Positions 25,555 through 36,772 of a DNA stretch of 64,000 nucleotides are shown here, in pieces; the first letter of the stretch is position 1, and each line of letters opens with the position of its first letter. Origin of the DNA: Malacoraja senta (lineage: Eukaryota). Both the position numbers and the translations under genes were made by a program. Below the pieces are notes generated by a model, which was not told where the DNA came from, ran no database searches, and worked only from the letters and a program-made list of their open reading frames with translations. The stretch is taken from positions 7,504,001 to 7,568,000 of the forward strand of contig CM075995.1 in the NCBI GenBank assembly GCA_038087875.1, written 5' to 3'.

Positions 25555-25855
25555 GGGCGGCACGGTGGCGCAGCGGTAGAGTTGCTGCCTCACAGCGCCA
25601 GAGACCCGGGTGCGATCCTGACTACGGGTGCTGCCTGTATGGAGTTTGTACATTCTCCCCGTGACCGTGTGGGTTTTCTCCGGGTGCTCAGGTTACCTCC
25701 CGCACTCCAAAGGCGTACAGGTTTGTACGTTAATTGGCTTTGGTAAAATTGTAAATTGTCCCTCGTGTGTATAGGATAGTGTTAGTGTACGGGGGTGATC
25801 GCTGGTTGGTGCAGACCCGGTGGGCCGAAGGGCCTGTTTCCGTTGTGTATCTAGT
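25555..25855 (+). mobile_element. HE1-like tRNA-derived V-SINE (representative of more than 15 copies, e.g. 18025-18302 -, 24680-24968 +, 25865-26180 -, 44834-45140 +, 51361-51640 +)
   Basis: A-box TGGCGCAGCGG, B-box-like GGTTCGATCC in most copies, V-domain GGAGTTTGTAC.TTCTCCCCGTG and a tail GGGCCGAAGGGCCTGTTTCC shared with CR1 3' ends in the window. Confidence 0.85.
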
Positions 25856-27304
25856 TTAATTTTTAGTTTCGTTTAGAGATACCCCGCGGAAACAGGCCCT
25901 TCGGCCCACCGGGTCCGGGCCCGACCAGCGATCCCTGCACATTAACACCGTCCCCTATATCCACTAGGGACAATTTTTTTACATTTACCAAGCCAATTAA
26001 CCCACAAACCTGCACGTCTTTGGAGTGTGGGAGGAAACCGAAGATCTCGTAGAAAACCCACGCAGGTCACGGGGAGAACGTACAAACTCCGTACAGACAG
26101 CACCCGTAGTCGGGATCGAACCCGGGTCTCCGGCGCTGCATTGGCTTCTACGGCAGCAACTCTACCGCTGCGCCACCGTGAACTAAACTCCAAAGTATAG
26201 GGCGCCGATTCCTTTCCTTTCCACCTACACTGTCTATTGCTTTTTAGAGAAAGGGCTTGTGTTTGGATGACAGCCTACACTGACATTCACAGTAAATAAC
26301 CCCATCGTTTACTCCATGAGATGAATTGGTTCACGGACGATATAATTGCCTCGGGTTGCCATGGCGATTACCATGACCATGCTGCCTGCAGCCTCCTGTA
26401 AACTTATGAGGGATGTTTAAAAAGACCACGAATCAAGCAGATGGTAGAAGGCCCGCTGAAAGGATTTTCGAACCAAAACGTTTAAATGACCTCTCTCCGT
26501 CTGAAGTCGTCCCTTGATGTGTGGGACAGTGCTAGTTTGCGGGGTGATCGCTGGTCGGTGCGGACTGGGTGGGCCGAAGGGCCTGCTTGCACGCTGTATC
26601 TCCAAACTAAACTACAGTGTACTAAACACTGACACACACAAAAAGCTGAAGTAACTCAGCGGGTCAAAGTGACAACTTCAAGATTCAAGAGATTCAAGAG
26701 AGTTCATTGTCATGTGTCCCAGATAGGACAATGACTTTCTTGCTTTGCTTCAGCACAACAGAACATAGTAGGCATAAATAAATACATAGAAACATAGAAA
26801 CATGGAAAATAGGTGCAGGAGTAGGCCATTCGGCCCTTCGAGCCTGCACCGCCATTCAATATGATCATGGCTGATCATCCAACTCAGTATCCCGTACCTG
26901 CCTTCTCTCCATACCCCCTGATCCCTTTAGCCACAAGGGCCACATCTAACTCCCTCTTAAATATAGCCAATGAACTGGCCTCAACTACCTTCTGTGGCAG
27001 AGAGTTCCAGAGCATAGCAGAACAGATCAGTGTGACCATATACCAATAAATAAATATATATATATACACACATAAATAAACAGATAAAGTGCAATGGGCT
27101 ATTAATGTTCAGAGTTTTGTTTGAGTTGAGTATAATAGCCTGATGGCTGTGGGGAAGTAGCTATTCCTGAACCTGGATGTTGCAGATTTCAGGCTCCTGT
27201 ACCTTCTACCTGAAGGTAGCGGGGAGATGAGTGTGTGGCCAGGATGGTGTGGGTCTTTGATGATGCTGCCAGCCTTTTTGAGGCAGCGACTGCGATAGAT
27301 CCCC

Positions 27305-27785
27305 TCTTGGTTCTTGGTTTCTTGGTCCTCCAAAATATTCCAAATGGAATTTAAACTGGAGGTGGTGGAGGGAGGACTTAAGCCAGAAAGGGTTTTTGGG
27401 AAGAAAGAGCTACCTTAAATTTAGTTGCATCTGGTTGGGTAACTAAAGTAGTGTGGAGATTATTCCATGCTTTAATTGTGTGGGGGAAGAATGAATTGCT
27501 GTACACATCTGTCTTGGTAGCTGGAATCACAAATTGGATCGAATGTCCTCGTCTGCTCCTAGTTGGTTTGGGTTTGGTGTAGGTCTTGTAATCTATGTCG
27601 AGCTGACCATTTAACATTTTGTAAAAACAGGTCAAACGGTGAGCTTCACGTCTGTCTTGGAGAGGGTTCCACCTCAGAGAATTCAGAAGTTTGGTAACAC
27701 TCGCTTCCCTCTCATAGGTGTTAGTAACAAATCGAGCTGCCTGTCTTTGGACACGTTCGATGGAAGAAATGTTTTTATTTGTGTA
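27305..27785 (-). mobile_element. 3' fragment of a divergent CR1-group LINE with (ACCAAGA)n tail
   Basis: Minus strand reads AARFVTNTYEREASVTKLLNSLRWNPL...RLTCFYKMLNG...YSNSFFPHTIKAWNNL. Confidence 0.7.
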
Positions 27786-28314
27786 TGGGTCTCGATGGTA
27801 GGGAGGTCAGAGCCGATGATGGGCTGGGCAGTGACACACATTCAGGCTCGTCATTTCAACCTGCATTGCTCAGGAATGTGCTGGGTGCTTCAGTGAGATG
27901 CCTGGTAGGATTCAATCTGAAGATAGACACAAAAAGCTGGAGTAACTCAGCGGATCAGGCAGCATCTCTGGAGAGAAGGGAATAGGTGACGTTTCGAGTC
28001 ATCGAGACAGCGTGGAAACAGGCCCTTCGGCCCATCTTGCCCACACACCGACCAGCATGGCCCAACTACACTAGTCCCACCTGCCTGAGCTTGGTCCATA
28101 TCCCTCTAAACCTGTCCTATCCATGTACCCGTCGAACTGTTTCTTAAACGTTGCGATAGTCCCAGCCTCGACTACCTCCTCCAGCAGCTCGTTCCATGCA
28201 CCCACCGCCCTCTGTGTGAAAAAGGGTCGAGACCCTTCGTCAGGCCGAGAATCAGGGAACAAAAAACACTGAATGGGTTTTTCCAACCACCATGATTAAA
28301 TGGCGTGCTCTCAC

Positions 28315-28389
28315 TCCGAATGCGTGGGCTTGCTCCCTCATCCCAGAGATTGGTGGCGTATTTGGCCGCTGTGAAGTGAGCGGTGAAAG
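28315..28389 (-). CDS. Candidate internal coding exon (75 nt, or 90 nt from an acceptor at 28404): xFTAHFTAAKYATNLWDEGASPRIR
   Basis: Acceptor CTCCCTTCCAG|, donor GGA|GTGAGA, phase 1 to 1. Splices in frame to 14805-14696. Confidence 0.5.
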
Positions 28390-28794
28390 CTGGAAGGGAG
28401 CTGACTGGAATGAGACCACGGTGGCACAGCGGTAGAGTTGCTGCCTTACAGCGCCAGGGACCCGGGTTCAATCCTGACCACGGGTGCTTCGGACTTCAGG
28501 CTTTAGAGATACAGTGCAGAACGACTTTGTGCCTAGCTTCACCTGAATGTTGCCTGGATAAGAAAGTATTTTACAGAGTACTATGTATATATATCTGTTG
28601 TCAAGAGTCAAAAGTGTTTTATTGTCATGTGTCCCAGATAGAACCATAACATTCTTACTAACAGCAGCACAACAGAATCTGTAAACATAGTACACTGTAA
28701 ATTATATAATAAACGAGAGAAAACAAAAAGTTTAGTGTGTGCATATATACACATACTCACAAATACACATATGTACAGATCATTTCTATCTTCA

Positions 28795-29075
<281 letters not shown>

Positions 29076-29659
29076 TTCAATCGACAATAGACAATAGACA
29101 ATAGGTGCAGGAGTAGGCCATTTAGCCCTTCGAGCCAGCACTGCCATTCAATGTGATCATGGCTGATCATCCCCAATCAGTACCCCGTTCCTGCTTTCTC
29201 CCCATATCCCCTGACTCCGCTATTTTTAAGAGCCCTATCTAGCTCTCTCTTGAAAGCATCCAGAGAACCGGCCTCCACCGCCCTCTGAGGCAGAGAATTC
29301 CACAGACTCACCACTCTCTGTGAGAAAAAGTGTTTCCTCGTCTCCGTTCTAAATGGCTTACCCCTTATTCTTAAACTGTGGCCCCTGGTTCTGGACTCCC
29401 CCAACATCGGGAACATGTTTCCTGCCTCTAGCGTGTCCAAGCCCTTAACAATCTTATATGTTTCAATGAGATTCCCTCTCATCCTTCTAAACTCCAGAGT
29501 GTACAAGCCCAGCTGCTCCATTTTCTAGAACGAAGAAGAATTAAGCCATTTGGCCCATTATGTCTACTCCGCCATTTAATCATGGCTGTTCCATCTCTAG
29601 CTCCTCATCCTAGTCTCCTGATTTCTCCCCAAATAATCGCATTGATGAATTAAAACAAG

Positions 29660-31760
29660 TGTTCATCCCTGTCTGGCGTAACAAATAAAACTGGGAAAGT
29701 GGCTCAACCGTGGCTGACGAGGGAAGTCAAGGATAGTGTTAAATCCAAGGAAGAGGCAGATAAATTGGCCAGCGGAAGCGGCAAACCGGTGGACTGGGAG
29801 AAATTTAGAACTCAACAGAGGACAAAGGGGTTAATTAAGAGGGGGGAAATAGAGCATGAACGAAATCTTGCGGGGAATATAAAAACTGACTGTAAAAGTT
29901 TCTACAGGTGTGTAAAAAGGAAAAGATTAGTGAAGACAAATGTGGGTCCCTTACAGTCAGAGACAGGTGAATTTATAATGGGAAACAAGCAAATGGCAGA
30001 ACAGTTAAACGAGTATTTTGCTTTTGTCTTCACCATAGGATCTTTGGTCTTCAATAAGTGAGACACAAACTATCTCCCAGAAATACTAGGGGACCGAGGA
30101 TATAGTGGGAGGGAGGAACTGAAGGGAATCCACATTAGTCAGAAAATGGTGTTAGGTAAACTGTTGGGACTGAAGGCTGATAAATCCCCAGGCCTGATGG
30201 TCTGCATCCCAGAGTACTCAAGGAGGTGGCCCTAGAAATCGTGGATGCATTGGTGATCATTTTCCAATGTTCTCTCCACTCTGGATCAGTTCCTGTGGAC
30301 TGGAGGGTAGCCAATGTAACCCTACTTTTTAAGAAAGGAGGGAGAGAGAAAACGGGGAATTATAGACCAGTTAGCCTTACATCGGTAGTGGGGAAGATGC
30401 TGGTGTGGATTATTAAAGATGTTATAGCAGTGCATTTGGAAAGCAGTGACAGGATCGGTCAAAGTCAGCATGGATTTATGAAGGGGAAATCATGCTGGAC
30501 TAATCTTCTGGATTTTTTGAGGATGTAACAAGTAGAATGGATAAGGTAGAGCCAGTGGATGTGGTGTATCTGGACTTTCAAAAAGCCTTTGACAAGGTCC
30601 CACACAAGAGATTAGTGAGCAAAATTAGAGCACATGGTATTGGGGGTAGGGTATTGACATGGATAGAGAACTGGTTGGCAGACAGGAAGCAAAGAGTAGG
30701 AATTAACGGGTCCTTTTCAGAATGGCAGGCAGTGACCAGTGGGGTGCCGCAAGGCTCGGTGCTGGGACACCAGTTGTTTACAAGATATATTAACGATTTA
30801 GACGAGGGAATTAAATGTAACATCTCTAAGTTTACGGATGACACAAAGCTGGGTGGCAGTGTGAGCTGCGATGAGGATGCTATGAGGCTGCAGGGTGACT
30901 TGGACAGGTTGGGTGAGTGGGTAGATGCATGGCAGATGCAGTATAATGTGGATAAATCTGAGGTTATCCACTTTGGTGGCAAGAACCAGAAGGCAGATTA
31001 TTATCTGAATGGTGTCAGATTAGGAGAAGGGGAGGTACAACAAGACCTGGGTGTGCTTGTACATCAGTCACTGAAAGTAAGCATGCAGGTACAGCAGGCA
31101 GTGAAGAAAGCCAATGGCATGTTGGCCTTCATTGCGAGAGGATTTGAGTTTAGAAGCAAGGAGGTCCTACTGCAGTTGTACAGGGCCCTGGTGAGACCGT
31201 ACCTGGAGTATTGTGTGCAGTTTTGGTCTCCTAATTTGAGGAAGTACATGCTTGCTATTGAGGGAGTGCAGCGTAGGTTCACCAGGTTATTTCCCGGGAT
31301 GGCGGGACTGTCATACGATGAAAGAATGGGTCGACTGGGCTTATATTCACTGGAATTTAGAAGGACAAGAGGGGATCTTATAGAAACATATAAAATTATT
31401 AAGGGATTGGACAGGCTAGATGCCGGAAAAATGTTCCCGACGTTGGGGGAGTCTAGAACCAGGGGTCACAGTTTAAGAATAAGGTTTAGGCCATTTATGA
31501 CTGAGATAAGGAAAAACTTTTTCATCCAGAGATTTGTGAATCTGTGGAATTCTCTGCCACAGAAGGCAGTGGAGGCCAATTTACTGGATGTATTCAAGAG
31601 AGAGTTGGATGTAGCTCTTATGGCTAACGGAATCAAGGGATATGGGGAGAAAGCAGGAACGGGTACTGATTCTGGATGATCAGCCATGATCATATTGAAT
31701 GGCGGTGCTGGCTCGAAGGGGCGAATGGCCGACTCCTGCACCTGCTTTCTATGTTTCTAT
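29660..31760 (+). mobile_element. Long 5'-truncated CR1/HER1-like LINE (RT domain plus 3' tail), frameshifted
   Basis: PWLTREVK, NYRPVSLTS, QHGF, YLDFQKAFDKV, SGVPQGSVLG, KFTDDTKL and LEYCVQFWSP spread over three frames. Confidence 0.93.
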
Positions 31761-32545
31761 AACCTTTTGCACAGAAACCAATTAACCTACAAACCTGTAC
31801 GTCTTTGGGATGTGCGGGGAAACCCACGCGGTCACAGGGAGAACGTACAAACTCCGCACGGACAGCACCCGTAGTCGGGATCGAACCCGGGTCTCTGGCG
31901 CTGTGAGGCAGCGGCATTATCCGCTGCGCCACCGTGCTGCCCCTGTTATTCAGCTCTGGCTGGAAACATTATTTTGCTGTAAAGAATTCCCGACCCAAAT
32001 GAGAGAACATCAAAACAGATTATTGAAGGGGGGGGGGGGGGGGGAATGATGGAATTCTTGCCACTCAGAGCAACGTTATTATGTTCTACAAAATATCTTT
32101 CACTGTGAAAGGATCTGCCTTGTCAAGCCAGCCGAAGATAATTTCAATGTCAGACCCGGAGCTAAAAAGCTAAAAAGCGAAAGAGCTCAAAACCGTATGG
32201 CTTTTGGCATGATTTAAATTATAGAAATAAAAATAAGGTTACTGCACTACCCGCTAAAGAAATGGTAGCCTGAAGTATTTACTGGGTGGCACTCCAATCT
32301 TTCATGAATACTGTACGATCTTATATATGTATCATTCATAGATTTTCTTAAAAGCTTTTTCTCAGCTGCAAGATATTGAATCAGTCCGAAATCGACTGTA
32401 AGCTGTTTCGGGTCAATGCTCTTTAAAATGACCTCTCAAGCCCATGCATGCATCGTGATAAGCACAAAGTAAATGAATCTGAAATCCTTAAGTGCCCTTC
32501 CGAGTGTTTCCAGCGAAATGAATCTAAGCAACTCATGTGAATCAG

Positions 32546-33112
32546 TGTTTAAGAAGGAACTGCAGATGCTGGAATAATCGAAGGTAGACAAAAATGCTGG
32601 AGAAACTCAGCGGGACAGGCAGCATCTCCGGAGAGAAGGAATGGGTGACGTTTCGGGTCGAGACCCTTCTTCAGACTAGTTAGGGATAAGGGAAACGAGA
32701 GATATCGACGGTGATGTGGAGAGATAAAGAACAACGAATGAAAGATACGCAAAAAAGGAACGATGAGAAAGGAGACAGGCCGTTGTTAGCTGTTTGTTGG
32801 GTGAAAATTAGAAGCTGGTGCGACTTGGGTAGGGGAGGGATGGAGAGAGAGAGGGAATGCCGGGGCTACCTGAAGTGAGAGAAATCAATATTCATACCGC
32901 TGGGCCGTAAGCTGCCCGAGCAAAATACGAGATGCTGTTCCTCCAATTTGCATTAGGCCTCACTTTAACAATGGAGGAGACCGAGGACAGAAAGGTCTGT
33001 GTGGGAATGGGAAGGGGAATTAAAGTGTCCGGCAACTGGGAGATCAGGTTGGTTCAGTCGGGCTGAGCGAAGGTGTTCCGCGAAAAGATCGCCCAGTCTG
33101 CATTTGGTCTCG
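32546..33112 (-). mobile_element. Penelope-like element 3' part (GIY-YIG endonuclease end, 3'UTR, pLTR with hammerhead-like core)
   Basis: ETKCRLGDLFAEHLRS...DLPVAGHFNSPSHSHTDLSVLGLLHC. The pLTR reads CTGAAGAAGGGTCTCGACCCGAAACGTC on the minus strand at about 32647-32675 and ends GCAGTTCCTTCTTAAACAC. Confidence 0.85.
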
Positions 33113-34189
33113 CGCTGGGGGGGGGTGGGGCGGAAATTCCGGGGGGGAGGGGGGACTGGGGGACAGGGGGGCATGTCCCCTCCGTGTTTTGAGAGGTGGG
33201 GGACAATCTCCCCCGTGTTTTGCGAAACATGTATTTTGCAATCAGTTCCCATCCGACCGCGCGCTGCGGAGTCGCGGCCGCATGCACGTTCAGCTGGCTC
33301 GGACTGAAAATAATGAAATGTCATCTTTTGGTAATGATAAACGCTCATCTATTCTTCATACAATACACAAAATAGATTGCAGCCTAAGCAAATCCGCCTT
33401 GGAATGATACATTTTTAAAAAGCTCTCGGGTTTAATGAGTACTACAGAACGATTGGAGTCATTTATCACTCCATTCCTCTGAGACAAAAATGATGTGTTA
33501 ACTGTCACAGTTATGGCTTGTTAACTGCGACTATTAACATCGTATTAACACTGTTATTTCGATGTGTCACCAACCAATACATCGATATGCATTCCTCAGT
33601 AAATGTAATTGTGTTTTGACCTTCAAATGTTACTGACTCGTTCCTTTGAATTCAGGGGAGAATTTCTTAAAACTGTCTGACGTGGGTATAATTACCATTT
33701 GAACTTTGGTGGCAGACAAAAAATGCTGGAGGAGCACAGCGGGTGAGGCAGCATCTATGTAGGGAAGGAATGATTGGGCAACGTTTCAGGTCTCGACCCT
33801 TCTTCAGACCCTTTGTGAACTTTGGATGTATGGATGGATGGGAAAGATTTAAACGGGTATTGGAGGGTCATTAAAGGTCAAACTGGTGTACACGTATAGA
33901 CCCTCATTCACCCACGTTATTTAGCCATTTTTACACATCATTTAGGGATGTTATATGTATTTAAAATAATTATGTTTATGTTTATTTGTATTAGTTTATC
34001 AAAAGTTTATTAATGTATGTTTTGTTAGTTTGTGAAAAGTTTATGTTTTCTCTCTCTCTCTCTCTCTCTCTCCTCCAAGGTTAGTTCTTCTGTTTGCCTT
34101 TATTTGCTTCAGTTTTATTTGGTGTTATTTATCCCGCTGTGGCTTTTGAAAGATTTAAACGGGTATCGGACCGTTCGGATGGTCATTTA

Positions 34190-34417
34190 AGGGCCTGTCC
34201 CACTTTCACGACCTAATACACGACCTCTGCCGAGTTTGCCCTTGACTCATACTCGCAGCAAGGTCGTCACGAGGTCGTAGGTAGGTCGTAGCAGGCCGTG
34301 ATGCTAGTCATAGGTACTCGTGGCATCAAGTAGGTCGGGCCGTTTTTTCTAGCCTGATGAAAAATGTTCACGAGTAAAAAAGGTCGTGAATTAGGTCGTG
34401 AAAGTGGGACAGGCCGT
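34190..34417. mobile_element. PIF/Harbinger-type MITE
   Basis: TIR AGGGCCTGTCCCACTT / AAGTGGGACAGGCCGT with TTA/TAA flanks. Confidence 0.7.
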
Positions 34418-34606
34418 TAAGGGTCCGGACTGTGAACACGGACCTTCCTGGCGTGCAGGTAAATGATGGGTAAAAATGACTAAATAACGTGGGTGAATGA
34501 GGGACTGTACCTGCACGCCAGTAACCCCGTGCTCACGGTCCGGACCCTGAACAACCGTCCGATACCCGCTTAAATCTTTCAAAAACTACAATGTGATAAA
34601 TAACAC

Positions 34607-34940
<334 letters not shown>

Positions 34941-35130
34941 GGTGAATCTGGCCAATTCATTCATACGGGTAATATCTGACTCCAAGTCATGAGTTTCATG
35001 ATTTAGTTTAAGAAGTGATAAGTTGAAATAAAGTAAATGAGAAGTTATTAGAAGTCAATTGTTTGCATGCATGTTTAAAGTTACTCGGGTGATAATTAAG
35101 ATTAAGTTGTACTGAACTAAACTAAAAAAA

Positions 35131-35212
<82 letters not shown>

Positions 35213-35260
35213 CAACACACGTAAACTTTTCACAAACTAACAAAAACATATGTTAAGAAA

Positions 35261-35460
35261 NNNNNNNNNNNNNNNNNNNNNNNNNNNNNNNNNNNNNNNN
35301 NNNNNNNNNNNNNNNNNNNNNNNNNNNNNNNNNNNNNNNNNNNNNNNNNNNNNNNNNNNNNNNNNNNNNNNNNNNNNNNNNNNNNNNNNNNNNNNNNNNN
35401 NNNNNNNNNNNNNNNNNNNNNNNNNNNNNNNNNNNNNNNNNNNNNNNNNNNNNNNNNNNN
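35261..35460. other. Assembly gap (200 N)
   Basis: Run of N. Confidence 1.
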
Positions 35461-35539
35461 GAAGAAGTAGAAAGTAGCTGGGCCGATGGGCCATTTTCCA
35501 CGCTGGTATAACTCTACGTGGTGTTAGGCAGGTACGATG

Positions 35540-35890
35540 AGGGCCGGCCTGAAGCCAATTGCTCCCAATTGGGCCCCGTGCCTAAGTGGGCCCCGCGCTA
35601 GAACAATCTACTCTCTATGTACTTTTCAGAGGTGATCTACACAATTTGTTTGTAACTTGTGGGTTTACATTATGTTATTTTACATATAATGTCGCTTAGA
35701 TCTGTTTGGTCATTAACGCGCAGGCACATTTTAAGCGCACATTTTGATTACTTTCATTCTACCATAGAGATATAAAGTCTACAATAGACTTTATTTATAT
35801 TTCTATGATTCTACAGACCTTGGCTGGGAACCTGGGGCTCACCAAAATTGTTCCCAATTTGGGCCCCGCACCTCCTAAGGCCGACCACCG
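35540..35890. mobile_element. Probable hAT-type MITE
   Basis: Imperfect TIRs GGGCCGGCCT / AGGCCGACC with subterminal TGGGCCCC motifs at both ends. Confidence 0.45.
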
Positions 35891-36155
35891 GGTACATATC
35901 CTGGTTAAAAGATCGTGCCGCGAATTGAGCAGGTTTGTTGTCGGGATGGAGTGCTGGTTCATTCTTTCCACAAGCTGCTGCTATGAAGACGCAATCAAGG
36001 CAAGTGCACCATGCCTCCTCTAGTCATTGTACCAGCCGCCTAGTTGCACCACACCTGGGGTTTAGGTAAGGGTTTGACACCTGGGTAGAAGCACAGGGTC
36101 TTGTACCTGTGCCTTCAACGCAAGGCTTAGTCCATCAGGAGCACTAATTAGCAGC

Positions 36156-36156
<1 letters not shown>

Positions 36157-36235
<79 letters not shown>

Positions 36236-36354
36236 GTGTGTGTGCGTGTGTGTGTGTGTGCCTGTGTGTGTGTGTGTGTGTGCGTGTGCGTGTGCGTGTG
36301 TGTGTGTGTGCCTGTGTGTGTGTGTGTGTGTGCGTGTGCGTGTGCGTGTGTGTG
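36157..36354. repeat. (TG)n microsatellite
   Basis: Direct reading. Confidence 0.98.
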
Positions 36355-36494
36355 CTCTCCCGATTTTCTTTTCATTAAAATTAATGAATGGAAATCACGA
36401 ACGGTATTTTCCCCAATTCCCGAAACATATTCCCAACGGGGAGACGCGATGCAGGGAAGCCACTGGAACTGATTTTAACTTTCTATTTATGAAC

Positions 36495-36772
36495 CAGAGT
36501 GCTGGAGTAACTCAGCGGACAGGCAGCATCTGTGGAGAACACGGATAGGTGACGTTTCACAGAGTGCTGGAGTAACTCAGCGGGTCAGGCAGCATCTGTG
36601 GAGAACACGGATAGGTGACGTTTCACAGAGTGCTGGAGTAACTCAGCGGGTCAGGCAGCATCTGTGGAGAACATGGATAGGTGACATTTCACAGAGTGCT
36701 GGAGTAACTCAGCGGGTCAGGCAGCATCTGTGGAGAACATGGATAGGTGACGATTTGGGTCGAGAACCCTTC
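36495..36772. repeat. 4 x ~66-bp tandem array of a Penelope pLTR segment; mirror array at 38611-38888
   Basis: Unit CACAGAGTGCTGGAGTAACTCAGCGGGTCAGGCAGCATCTGTGGAGAACA(C/T)GGATAGGTGACGTTT. Confidence 0.9.

Noticed and set aside
30537..31679. 380-aa RT ORF as an active or domesticated gene
   Set aside because: It is part of a 5'-truncated, frameshifted CR1 copy with no endonuclease domain and an altered FADD motif (FTDD).
32250..32364. Further minus-strand exon candidates here and at about 50700-50806
   Set aside because: Short open frames follow AG, but donors are weak and the phases do not link to the two better candidate exons.
36495..36772. CRISPR-like array; likewise 62888-63890
   Set aside because: Head-to-tail tandem units without unique spacers, in a eukaryotic context with no cas genes.
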